Source: Verrucomicrobiota bacterium
Lineage (GTDB): Bacteria; Verrucomicrobiota; Verrucomicrobiia; Limisphaerales; UBA11358
Direction: 5' to 3'
Assembly: GCA_028873125.1 (NCBI GenBank)
Contig: JAGWMQ010000005.1
Coordinates: forward strand, 1 to 59,925
Length of the DNA stretch: 59,925 nt
Shown piece by piece: positions 51,521 to 59,925 of the stretch. The first letter of the stretch is position 1. Each line of letters starts with the position of its first letter. A model generated the notes under the pieces. It was not told where the DNA came from. It searched no databases and saw nothing but the letters and a program-made list of their open reading frames with translations. The position numbers and the translations under genes were made by a program.

Positions 51521-51946
51521 CTAAATCCGCTTCTCGTCGGCGTCAATGAAATCCACAAAATTGGCGATGTCGTCGCGGTGCGGCAAGCCAGCTTGTTCCT
51601 TGCGCATTTTGAGGCGCGCCAGGGCCGCCTCGTCGCCGGGCCGCGGACGATTCAGCAGGTCCTCGCGGTGCGCGGCCTTTTCGGCGGGCGACTTTTTCAC
51701 GTGGCGGCGCACCCAGTCGCAAACCTCGCCGTCGCTGATGGAGCGTTTCACCACGTCGAGCATTTGGTCGTGGGTGACGCCGGCGTATTTGAGCCAGAGG
51801 GCATCAAAGCCCTTACCAAGATTCTCCTGGTAATCGGCGTGCAGCTTGCCGGCCAGATGCAGGCGGATTTTGTCAATGTAACGCGGCAGATGCGCCCAGC
51901 CGTCCATGGTCTCGCGCGGGCTGCGCGGATAAATGATTTCGCTCAT
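51521..51946 (-). CDS. DUF5069 domain protein
   Basis: PRSPRE...G..HLPRYIDKIR....GKL..DY and D.IDADEKR pattern. Confidence 0.75.
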   Translation of the reverse strand: MSEIIYPRSPRETMDGWAHLPRYIDKIRLHLAGKLHADYQENLGKGFDALWLKYAGVTHDQMLDVVKRSISDGEVCDWVRRHVKKSPAEKAAHREDLLNRPRPGDEAALARLKMRKEQAGLPHRDDIANFVDFIDADEKRI

Positions 51947-52165
51947 AACGCGCGGCAACGTAAAGCCCCCCGTCCATTCTTGTCAAAGTGGAATGCTCGG
52001 GAGACCGGCCATTTCCGCCGACGCGCGCCACGGACCCTCAAAGCGAGAGCCGGCGCGAGGTCCGTCCCGCCGCACCATTTCCCCTGAGCACAAAAGTGTC
52101 ACAGTCCGTGAGAAAACGCGGAGCAGTGGCCTGACAAAGCTGTGACATCATCCCGCAGCTTGGCC

Positions 52166-52411
52166 ATGGCTATTGACGTGGGCATGATGGAGAGCGTGTC
52201 CGGCGCGGCGCGGGAGACGCCCGTGACGCGGCAGCTTGCGCCGCGCGAACGGGAGGTGCTGCACTTGTTGTCCATCGGCCTGCCCTACAAACAGATCGCC
52301 TCCGAACTGGAGTTGAGCATGGGCACGATCCGCACCTATGTCCGGCGGCTTTATGGAAAGCTTCATGTCAATTGCCGCACCGAAGCGGTGGTGAAATATT
52401 TGGTGTCTTAG
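52166..52411 (+). CDS. Stand-alone LuxR/NarL-type HTH regulator
   Basis: LAPREREVL.LL..G..YKQIA.EL..S..TIRTYVRRLY.KLHV..RTEAV; no receiver domain. Confidence 0.8.
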   Translation: MAIDVGMMESVSGAARETPVTRQLAPREREVLHLLSIGLPYKQIASELELSMGTIRTYVRRLYGKLHVNCRTEAVVKYLVS

Positions 52412-52556
52412 CAGTCGAGCCGGGGTCCATGAACCGCTGTATTGGTTCAGTTGGTTCCCAGCGGTGGTTCCGATTCAATCCACCCGACCTCCCCATCGCC
52501 TTCAAACCTTGGCGGCGCCCCGTATCTGCCCCGGGCTCCAGCCGGAGCTTGTGCGC

Positions 52557-52574
52557 GTCATACAGTTGTATGAC
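52557..52574. promoter_or_regulatory. Palindromic operator, GntR-like
   Basis: GTCATACA-GT-TGTATGAC, 46 bp upstream of the aminotransferase ATG. Confidence 0.55.
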
Positions 52575-52620
52575 TATCCGGGGCGGTTCGAACGGTCTTA
52601 TACTTGTTGCCGGATCATTT

Positions 52621-54057
52621 ATGGGCAAGGAATTCAGCATCACCCCACGGCCGGTGCCGCGCGTGGAAACCCGGTATCGCCGCATTGTCACGCCGTTGCC
52701 GCATCCCGAGTCCGTGGCCACGCTGGAACGGCTGCGGCGATTTGAACCGCTTTCGATGCGCGGCCAGCCGCCGCTGGTGTGGGACCGCGCCGAGAACATT
52801 TTTGTCTTCGACAAATACGGCAACCGCTGGCTCGACTGGTCCGGCGGCGTGCTGGTGGCCAACGCCGGCCACGGCGCAACGGAGGTCAAACAGGCGATCC
52901 TCGACCAGGTCCACAGCGGGTTGATTTACAATTACGTCTTTCCCAGCGAGGAGCGGGCGGCGCTGGTGGAATGCCTCGCCGGCTTCGCGCCGGAGGGATT
53001 GAAAAAGGTCTTCCTGCTCACCACCGGCGCCGAGGCCGTGGAATGCGCCATCAAGCTGAGCCGGGCGCACGGCCTCAAGGCGGGCGGCAAAAGGAAAATC
53101 GGCATTGTCGGGTTCCAACGGGGATTCCACGGACGCACGCTGGGCGCGCAGCAGGCCGGCGGCATCCCCGGCCAGAAGGCGTGGATCATCAACGAAGACC
53201 CGGCCATCCTCAACGCGCCGTTTCCCGACGGCTACTGGCAGACGGACACGGGCTTCGAGACCTTTCTCAAGGCCCTGGAACGGCGCGGGTTGACGCCCGC
53301 CGACATCGCGGGCGTGGTGATGGAAACCTACCAGGGCGTCGGACCGGATTTTGCGCCGGCGGAGTATGTCCGCCGCCTCGCCGGGTGGTGCCGGGAACAC
53401 CGCGTGGCGCTGGTGTTCGACGAGGTGCAGGCGGGCTTTGGACGGACGGGCCGGTTCTGGGCCTTCGAGCATTACGGCGTGACGCCCGACCTGATCTGCT
53501 GCGGCAAGGGCATTAGCGGCTCGCTGCCGCTCTCGGCGGTGATTGGCGGCGCGGAGATCATGGACCAGTTTCTGCCCGGCTCGATGACCAGCACCCAGTC
53601 CGGCAACCCGGTCTGCTGCGCCGCCGCCCTGGCCAGCATCAGAAAAATCGTGAATGAAAACCTGACCGCCAACGCCGCGCGGCTGGAGCCGGTGTTGCGG
53701 GAGGGGCTGGAAAAAATTCAGCGCCGGCATCCGGACGTGATTGGGCACGCGACGGCGCGCGGACTGGTGGGCGGCCTGCAAACCGTAAAGTCCGGACGCA
53801 AGGAAGCCGACGCGGATTTGGCCCACGACATCGTGGAACGCTGCTTCCACAAGGGGCTGCTGATGTTCGCTCCAGTCGGCGCGTGGGGGCAGACGGTCAA
53901 AATCGGTCCGCCCTTGACGATCCCCGGCGAGGCGTTGGAGGAAGGGCTGACGGTGTTGAGCGAGGCCGTGGACGAAGCCGTCGCCGCCATGGATAAAATC
54001 AATTCAGGCAGATCATCCAAGACGACGCGCAGGGTCGGGTCCGGCGTGGACGCCTGA
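52621..54057 (+). CDS. Class III PLP-dependent aminotransferase (GabT/ArgD-like)
   Basis: GNRWLDW, TTGAEAVE, FHGRT, FDEVQAGFGRTG, PDLICCGKG. Confidence 0.92.
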   Translation: MGKEFSITPRPVPRVETRYRRIVTPLPHPESVATLERLRRFEPLSMRGQPPLVWDRAENIFVFDKYGNRWLDWSGGVLVANAGHGATEVKQAILDQVHSGLIYNYVFPSEERAALVECLAGFAPEGLKKVFLLTTGAEAVECAIKLSRAHGLKAGGKRKIGIVGFQRGFHGRTLGAQQAGGIPGQKAWIINEDPAILNAPFPDGYWQTDTGFETFLKALERRGLTPADIAGVVMETYQGVGPDFAPAEYVRRLAGWCREHRVALVFDEVQAGFGRTGRFWAFEHYGVTPDLICCGKGISGSLPLSAVIGGAEIMDQFLPGSMTSTQSGNPVCCAAALASIRKIVNENLTANAARLEPVLREGLEKIQRRHPDVIGHATARGLVGGLQTVKSGRKEADADLAHDIVERCFHKGLLMFAPVGAWGQTVKIGPPLTIPGEALEEGLTVLSEAVDEAVAAMDKINSGRSSKTTRRVGSGVDA

Positions 54058-54116
54058 AAATTCGGGCGCGCCCAGTTTGCGCCTTCAAAAGCAACGGCGC
54101 GTCGCCGCGGTTCAAA

Positions 54117-56921
54117 ATGAAAACCACCACTGCGCTTTTCTTGTTTTCACTCTGCGCCTCGCTGTCGGCGGCAATGATGGATCTGGCGGGCAACTGGGAG
54201 TTCCAACTCGACCCGCACGACTGCGGCGTCATGGAACATTTCTGGGACAAACCGTTCCACGACACGATCCGGCTGCCGGGCACCGTTTCGCAAGCGCGCA
54301 AAGGCGATCCTCTGGCGTTGCCGCCCGTGCTCCCCACCCCTCCAGCCGAGGGTTTGAATCCCCGGCGCGGTTTGACTTTTGGCCGCAAGCCATCCGCGCT
54401 GGAAGATTCCCCGCTGGCGCATCTGTATCGGCGATTTTCCTACATTGGCGCGGCGTGGTACCGGCGCACCGTCGAAATCCCGGAAAGCTGGGCAGGCAAG
54501 GATGTGGAGCTGGTGCTGGAGCGCGTGATTTGGGAATCGCGGGTCTGGGTCAACGGCCGGTTCATGGGCGCGCGGAACAGCCTCACCACGCCGCACCGCT
54601 ACGAAATCGGCGCGGCGCTCCAACCGGGACGCAACGAGATCGTCATCCGGGTGGACAACCGCCGGCAACTGGCCATCGGCAATCCCCACGCCTACACCGA
54701 GGAAACCCAAACCCTCTGGAACGGCATCATCGGGCGCATCGCATTGGCGGCACGAGACAAAATCCGTATTGACCGGCTGCAGTTGCGTCCCGATCTGGCA
54801 CGCCAAGGCGTCACGGTGACGGTGTTTACGCTCAACGGCAGCGGACGTAAAGCGAAGGCAAACCTGGTATTGCAGGCCGCGCCGGATAATTTCAAAGGCC
54901 GGTTGCTGCCGGCTTTGGAGTCGCCGGTTTCGCTGGCCCCCGGCGATGGGGCGCAGACGATGTTCTATCCGATGGGGACGAACTTCGCGCTCTGGTCGGA
55001 ATTCAGCCCGAAATTGTATCGGATGCGCGCCTCCCTGACCGGCGCAGACTTCCACTCCGAGGTCGCCGGCACGTGCGGAATGCGCGAGTTCAAGGCCGTG
55101 GGCCATCATTTTTTCATCAATGGCCGGCCGACGTTCCTGCGCGGCACGGTCGAAAGCTGCGTCTTTCCGAAGACCGGCTATCCGGACATGAACGGCGGGC
55201 AGTGGAAGAAGATGTTTTCCGCCTTGAAGGCTTATGGACTCAACCACGTGCGCTTTCACACATGGTGTCCGCCGGAAATCGCCTTCGAGACGGCTGACCG
55301 CTCCGGCATTTATCTGGAAGTCGAACTGCCGGATTGGTGCTTCCATGTCGGCCAGGACACCAACGTGACCGAATTCTTCCGCCAGGAAGGCGAACGCATG
55401 ATCCGCGAATACGGGAATCATCCGTCCTGGGTGATGTTGACCATGGGCAACGAATTGAAGGGCAACTATTCCGTGCTGGACGAACTGGAAGCGCATTTCC
55501 GCCGGCTCGATCCGCAGTTGCTTTACGCCAGCACGACTTATCCGTCTTCGCCGCGCGGCAAGGTGCCGGAGCCCGCGGATGATTATTACATCTCGCAGGA
55601 CACCGGGTGCGGGCGGGTGCGCGGCCAGGGCATTTTTAACAACACCCCGCCCGGCACGGACACCAACTACGCCCGCGCCGTGGCCTGCATTCCGGTTCCG
55701 CTGATCAGCCACGAAGTCGGGCAATACTGCGTCTATCCGGACCTGGCCGAACTGCCGAAATACGATGGCGTGCTGCGCGACCTGGCCCTCGAGGCGATCC
55801 GCGCCGATTTGAAAAGAAAGGGACGTCTGGCCGAGGCGCCGATTTACACGCGGGACTCCGGCAAGCTGGCGGCGCTGCTTTACAAGGAGGAAATCGAACG
55901 CGCCCTGCGCACCACCAACCAGGCGGGCTGTGAGTTGCTCGCCTTGAATGATTTCCCCGGCCAAGGCACCTCAACCGTCGGACTGCTCGATGCTTTCTGG
56001 GACAGCAAGAACCTGATCGCACCGAAAGAATTCCGGGAATTCTGCGGCCCGGTCGTGCCGCTGGTTCTCATGCCCAAACGGGTTTATCAAAATGACGAGG
56101 TGTTCGACGCCGGCGTCGAAATCGCCAACTTCGGACCAGCACCGATCGGCAACGCGACGATCGTCTGGAAGATTCTGGACGGGCGAAAAGAGATCGGCGC
56201 CGGCTCGTTCAAACGGGCGCTCATTCCATTGGGCGGCGACATTGCATTGGGCCGTGTGAGGCAATCGCTGTCCTCCGTGACGAACGCGGCAAAACTCAAG
56301 ATAACGGTCGCGTTGGCCGGCACCTCCATCGCCAATGATTGGGCGATCTGGGATTATCCGGTGAAAGAAAGCGCCGTCAACACGAATGCCATCGCCGTCT
56401 TCCAAACACCGGACGAGGCGTTTTACCAGGCGTTGCACGATGGGAAACGAGTCCTGCTGCTTCCGCCGCGCGCGGACGTGAAATCGCCGCTGGCCGCGCA
56501 GTTCGTTCCGGTGTTTTGGAACCCGGTGATGTTCCCGAACCAACCGTGCACGATGGGCGCGATGATTGACGCCAAAGCTCCGGTGTTTGCGGATTTCCCG
56601 ACCGATCCCTGGACCAACTGGCAATGGTGGGAATTGTTGCACCATTCCTTTACCGTCAATCTGGACGCCGTGCCGGCAAAGGTGGCCATGCCCTTGCGCT
56701 TTGTGGACAATTTCAACCGCAACGCCGTGCCCGCCGCGATGTTTGAGGCCCGGGTCGGCCCCGGACGGCTTTTGGTTTGCACGCCCGACATCAGCCACGA
56801 CTTGAAGCACCGGCTCGTGGCCCGCCAGTTGCGCCGGAGCATCCTCCGCTACATGGCCGGCGATCAATTCCAACCGCGCGTCGAATTGAGCCCGGAGGAG
56901 ATGAAAGGGCTGTTCCGCTGA
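54117..56921 (+). CDS. GH2 family glycoside hydrolase, secreted
   Basis: Signal peptide; DLAGNW, AWYRR, WNGIIG, GMREF, NHVRFHTW, NHPSW..GNE (acid/base), SHEVG (nucleophile). Confidence 0.88.
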   Translation: MKTTTALFLFSLCASLSAAMMDLAGNWEFQLDPHDCGVMEHFWDKPFHDTIRLPGTVSQARKGDPLALPPVLPTPPAEGLNPRRGLTFGRKPSALEDSPLAHLYRRFSYIGAAWYRRTVEIPESWAGKDVELVLERVIWESRVWVNGRFMGARNSLTTPHRYEIGAALQPGRNEIVIRVDNRRQLAIGNPHAYTEETQTLWNGIIGRIALAARDKIRIDRLQLRPDLARQGVTVTVFTLNGSGRKAKANLVLQAAPDNFKGRLLPALESPVSLAPGDGAQTMFYPMGTNFALWSEFSPKLYRMRASLTGADFHSEVAGTCGMREFKAVGHHFFINGRPTFLRGTVESCVFPKTGYPDMNGGQWKKMFSALKAYGLNHVRFHTWCPPEIAFETADRSGIYLEVELPDWCFHVGQDTNVTEFFRQEGERMIREYGNHPSWVMLTMGNELKGNYSVLDELEAHFRRLDPQLLYASTTYPSSPRGKVPEPADDYYISQDTGCGRVRGQGIFNNTPPGTDTNYARAVACIPVPLISHEVGQYCVYPDLAELPKYDGVLRDLALEAIRADLKRKGRLAEAPIYTRDSGKLAALLYKEEIERALRTTNQAGCELLALNDFPGQGTSTVGLLDAFWDSKNLIAPKEFREFCGPVVPLVLMPKRVYQNDEVFDAGVEIANFGPAPIGNATIVWKILDGRKEIGAGSFKRALIPLGGDIALGRVRQSLSSVTNAAKLKITVALAGTSIANDWAIWDYPVKESAVNTNAIAVFQTPDEAFYQALHDGKRVLLLPPRADVKSPLAAQFVPVFWNPVMFPNQPCTMGAMIDAKAPVFADFPTDPWTNWQWWELLHHSFTVNLDAVPAKVAMPLRFVDNFNRNAVPAAMFEARVGPGRLLVCTPDISHDLKHRLVARQLRRSILRYMAGDQFQPRVELSPEEMKGLFR

Positions 56922-56934
56922 ACTTTGTTCCGGT

Positions 56935-58926
56935 TCACGCCATCCCCGGGGCCAGCTGCCCGGCCGGACGGGGCGGCGGTTCTTCACCGGCAGGCTCGAA
57001 ATGCTCCAGTTCCTCGCCTTTGCGCACGAGCCGCGCGCTGTTGAAAATCACGATCAACGAACCGACGTTGTGCAGGATGGCCGCCGGGATCGGGCCGAGA
57101 TAACCGAGCGAGGTGATCGTCAGGCCAATAATGATGAAGAAGGTGCCGAACAGGAAATTCTGGTTGATGACGGCGCGGGTGCTGCGGGAGAGCTTGACCA
57201 GGAACGGCAGCCGGCGCAGATCGTTGTTCATCAGCGCGATGGTTGCGCTGTGAATGGCCACTTCGCTGCCCGCCGCGCCCATGGCGATGCCGATATCCCC
57301 CGCCGCCAGCGCCGGGGCGTCGTTCACGCCGTCGCCGACCACCGCGACCTTGTAGCCCTTGGCCTTGACGGTGTGGACAAATTCCACCTTGTTCTGCGGC
57401 AGGCACTCGCCCTTGGCCTCCTGGCAGCCGATTTCGGCGGCGACACGCGCCACCACCGGCTGGCGGTCGCCGGAAATCATCGCCACGCGGCGCACCCCGG
57501 CCTCCTTGAGTTCGGCGAGCGAAGCCTTTGCCCCGGCTCGCGTCTGGTCCTGCAAGCCCACCCAGCCTATGCAGCGGTGGTCGCGCGCGACAAAAATGAG
57601 GCTCCAGCCCTCGGCCTCGTCGAGGTCCACCGACTTCTCGAACTGGCTGTCCACGCCGTTGTCCTTGAGCCACCGGGCCCGGCCCACCAGAATTTTTGAG
57701 CCGGCGACCTCGGCCTTCACGCCGCGCCCGGCGGACTCCGTAAAATCCTTCGGCTCGGCCAGCGGCACGCCCGCCTCCCTGGCCAACTGGGCGAGCGCCT
57801 TGGCGGTGGGATGGTTGCTGTATCTCTCGGCGGACGCGGCGAACCGCAGCAGCTCGGCGGGTTTGGTTTCGCCGATCGGCGCCAGGCGGCTGACGGCCAG
57901 TTCGCCGGTGGTCAGCGTGCCGGTCTTGTCAAAGATGAAGGCGTTGATCTTGGCGGCCAGCTCGATGTCGGCGACGTTCTTGATCAAAATGCCCAGCCGC
58001 GCGGCGGCGGAAAGCGCGGCCACCATCGCCGTCGGCGTCGCCAGGATGAAGGCGCAAGGGCAGGAGACGACGAAGACGGCGATGACGCGGTTCAAATCGT
58101 GGGTGAAGGCCCAGACCAGCGCGCCGATGACCAGCACCAGCGGCGTGTAAAAGCCCATGTATTGGTCCACGATCTTCATGATGGGCAGCTTGGTCTTTTC
58201 CGCCGCCAAAATGAGCGCGCGCACGCGGCCGATCGTCGTGTCCGTTCCGGCGCGGGTGACCTTGATTTCCAGGAGGCCCGTCAAATTTTGCGTCCCGGCA
58301 AACACCTCGTCGCCCGCCTTTTTGTCGGCCGGAAGGGATTCGCCGGTGATGGTCGCCTGATTGAACGAGCCCTGTCCGCTGACGATGATGCCGTCGGCGG
58401 CGACATTGTCGCCGGGGCGGATGCGGATCACGTCGCCGACGCCGAGTTCGCTGGCGGCGACTTCCTCTTCGCCGCCGTCCGGGGTGATGCGCCGCGCCTT
58501 GGTCGGGGTGAGTTTGATGAGCGATTCGATGGAGGCGCGCGCGCCCTCGGCGGTGCGCGTTTCGATGAGTTCGCCGGTAAGCATGAAGAAGGCGACGATG
58601 CCGGCGGTCTTGTAATTGCCGGAGGCGAAGGCCGCCAGCACGGCGATGGCGACCAGTTCGTTGATGCTGAGCCGCCCGGTGCGCAGGTCCTGGATGGCGG
58701 TGACGACGATGGGATAAATCAAAATGGCCGCCCCAAGGAAGGCGCTGGCGTTGGCCAGGGTCGTGGCCTCCGTAAACGTCCAGTCCACGATGTAGGCGTT
58801 CAGCACCAGCACCACGCCGGCCACGGCCTGCCAGAGATGCACGACGGAATGTTCATGGTCCTGACCGCAGCCGCATTCCGGCCCGTGTTCGTGTGGGTGA
58901 CGGCTCAAAAGCGATTTAACCTGCAT
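56935..58926 (-). CDS. Heavy-metal P1B-type ATPase (ZntA/CadA-like)
   Basis: His/Cys-rich N-terminus (HPHEHGPECGCGQDHEH), TGES, SCPC, DKTGTLT, HP, GDGVNDAP. Confidence 0.93.
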   Translation of the reverse strand: MQVKSLLSRHPHEHGPECGCGQDHEHSVVHLWQAVAGVVLVLNAYIVDWTFTEATTLANASAFLGAAILIYPIVVTAIQDLRTGRLSINELVAIAVLAAFASGNYKTAGIVAFFMLTGELIETRTAEGARASIESLIKLTPTKARRITPDGGEEEVAASELGVGDVIRIRPGDNVAADGIIVSGQGSFNQATITGESLPADKKAGDEVFAGTQNLTGLLEIKVTRAGTDTTIGRVRALILAAEKTKLPIMKIVDQYMGFYTPLVLVIGALVWAFTHDLNRVIAVFVVSCPCAFILATPTAMVAALSAAARLGILIKNVADIELAAKINAFIFDKTGTLTTGELAVSRLAPIGETKPAELLRFAASAERYSNHPTAKALAQLAREAGVPLAEPKDFTESAGRGVKAEVAGSKILVGRARWLKDNGVDSQFEKSVDLDEAEGWSLIFVARDHRCIGWVGLQDQTRAGAKASLAELKEAGVRRVAMISGDRQPVVARVAAEIGCQEAKGECLPQNKVEFVHTVKAKGYKVAVVGDGVNDAPALAAGDIGIAMGAAGSEVAIHSATIALMNNDLRRLPFLVKLSRSTRAVINQNFLFGTFFIIIGLTITSLGYLGPIPAAILHNVGSLIVIFNSARLVRKGEELEHFEPAGEEPPPRPAGQLAPGMA

Positions 58927-58956
58927 AAATTTTCAAATTGACAACGGCCCGCCGGA

Positions 58957-59925
58957 TCACGGCGAGGTCTGCGCGCCGGTTTTCGGCCCCGGCGGCTCAC
59001 GATTCAACAATAGCCGAAGTTCGGGCGTTGCGCTACCGAGCGGTTCGGGCAGGAAGATTTTGTCGCGCACGTTGGTCAGCACGTTGCCCATCACCTGCAC
59101 CAGCTTTTGCTGCTCAAACAGGGTGGGGTCAATTCTGTAGTTGGGCAGCAGGACGCTGAAGGCCTTGGCGTCGGCCTGGACATTGGCGACGTAGTTCGAG
59201 CGCGCAGACATGGCCTCGTTGAGAATGGCCGCGGCCTGCGCGTCGGCGCTGTTGGTGATCCGGTTCTCCTCGCTGTGCGCCTCTTCGAGGACCTGGTTGC
59301 GGTTCTGGCGCGCCTCGGTCACCTGGTTGAAAATGTCCTGCAACTGCCGCGGCGGGATGCTCTGGACGTCGCAACGGTTGACGGCGATGCCCAACCCCTC
59401 CTGGTCCACCAGTTGCCGGGCGCGCGCGGTCACGGCATCCTGAAATTCGCCCACCTGGTTGTAGAGCACGTCATCCACCTGGAACCGCGCGGCGGCGTAG
59501 AGCAGGGCGTTGTCCAGCGCGTCCTGGATGGCGTTGGTGGCCGACACGAAGTCGAACACGTATTGAACCGGCCTTTCCACCTGGTAATACAGCGTGGCCC
59601 GGGTGTGAATGATGTTGCGGTCCCCCGTAATCACGTAGCTGTCCACTCCCGGAACGAGCGACGGGCCGGGCGGCGGTTCCTGGCCGGAGGCCTCCTGGGC
59701 GGGGGTCACGGCATACCAACCGATGGTCGAGGAGACCTGCTGGACCTGGGTGATGGGAATTCTGACGACCTCGTCAATGGGATAGGAAAACGACCAGTGC
59801 AGTCCGGGCCCCAGCAGGGCCTTTTGCCCCGCGCCCACCGGCCGGCCGAAGCGCAAAATAATGGCCTTTTCCTGCGGACCGACCTGGAAAATACCCGAGG
59901 CCAGAAACGCCAGCACCAGCAGCAC
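58957..59925 (-). CDS. SPFH/Band-7 HflK-like membrane protein (5' end outside the window)
   Basis: TM followed by GIFQV...E.AIILRFG..PGLHW, ITGDRNII, coiled coil with AQAAAI, KIFLP. Confidence 0.85.
   Translation of the reverse strand: MLLVLAFLASGIFQVGPQEKAIILRFGRPVGAGQKALLGPGLHWSFSYPIDEVVRIPITQVQQVSSTIGWYAVTPAQEASGQEPPPGPSLVPGVDSYVITGDRNIIHTRATLYYQVERPVQYVFDFVSATNAIQDALDNALLYAAARFQVDDVLYNQVGEFQDAVTARARQLVDQEGLGIAVNRCDVQSIPPRQLQDIFNQVTEARQNRNQVLEEAHSEENRITNSADAQAAAILNEAMSARSNYVANVQADAKAFSVLLPNYRIDPTLFEQQKLVQVMGNVLTNVRDKIFLPEPLGSATPELRLLLNREPPGPKTGAQTSP

Overview
GC-rich bacterial DNA, most likely Verrucomicrobiota (Pedosphaera/Limisphaera-like). That call is inferred from the prepilin-type H-X9-DG paralogs and the style of the secreted proteins. 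0-18 kb is a glycan-foraging region: GH3 bglX, FN3-GH144, three pilin-like H-X9-DG proteins, a large non-catalytic CBM protein, a TolB-like propeller, an esterase and a GH27. 18-40 kb is mostly housekeeping (trpS, cdsA-dxr-rseP-ispG, glcD-like, rsmI, cutA) plus a 1455-aa repeat surface protein. 40-51.5 kb is a decaying mobile-element patch: IS66 and IS91 remnants, a 106-bp MITE, a complete ISKra4-like element, an IS4 element, pseudogenes, an ECF sigma/anti-sigma pair and a fourth pilin-like gene. 51.5-60 kb holds a class III aminotransferase, a GH2, a P1B ATPase and an SPFH/HflK-like gene. Strongest leads: (1) five unrelated secreted proteins share a C-terminal ~65-aa W..G..Y....L...W...D...RFYRV module that may be a sorting signal; (2) a beta-1,2-glucan locus has pilin-like proteins where SusC/D would be expected; (3) Thr-Asn dipeptides are strongly enriched in exported proteins; (4) a 60-bp palindromic repeat sits in frame inside ispG. 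No rRNA or tRNA was recognised. All family calls come from motif recognition by eye, not database searches.
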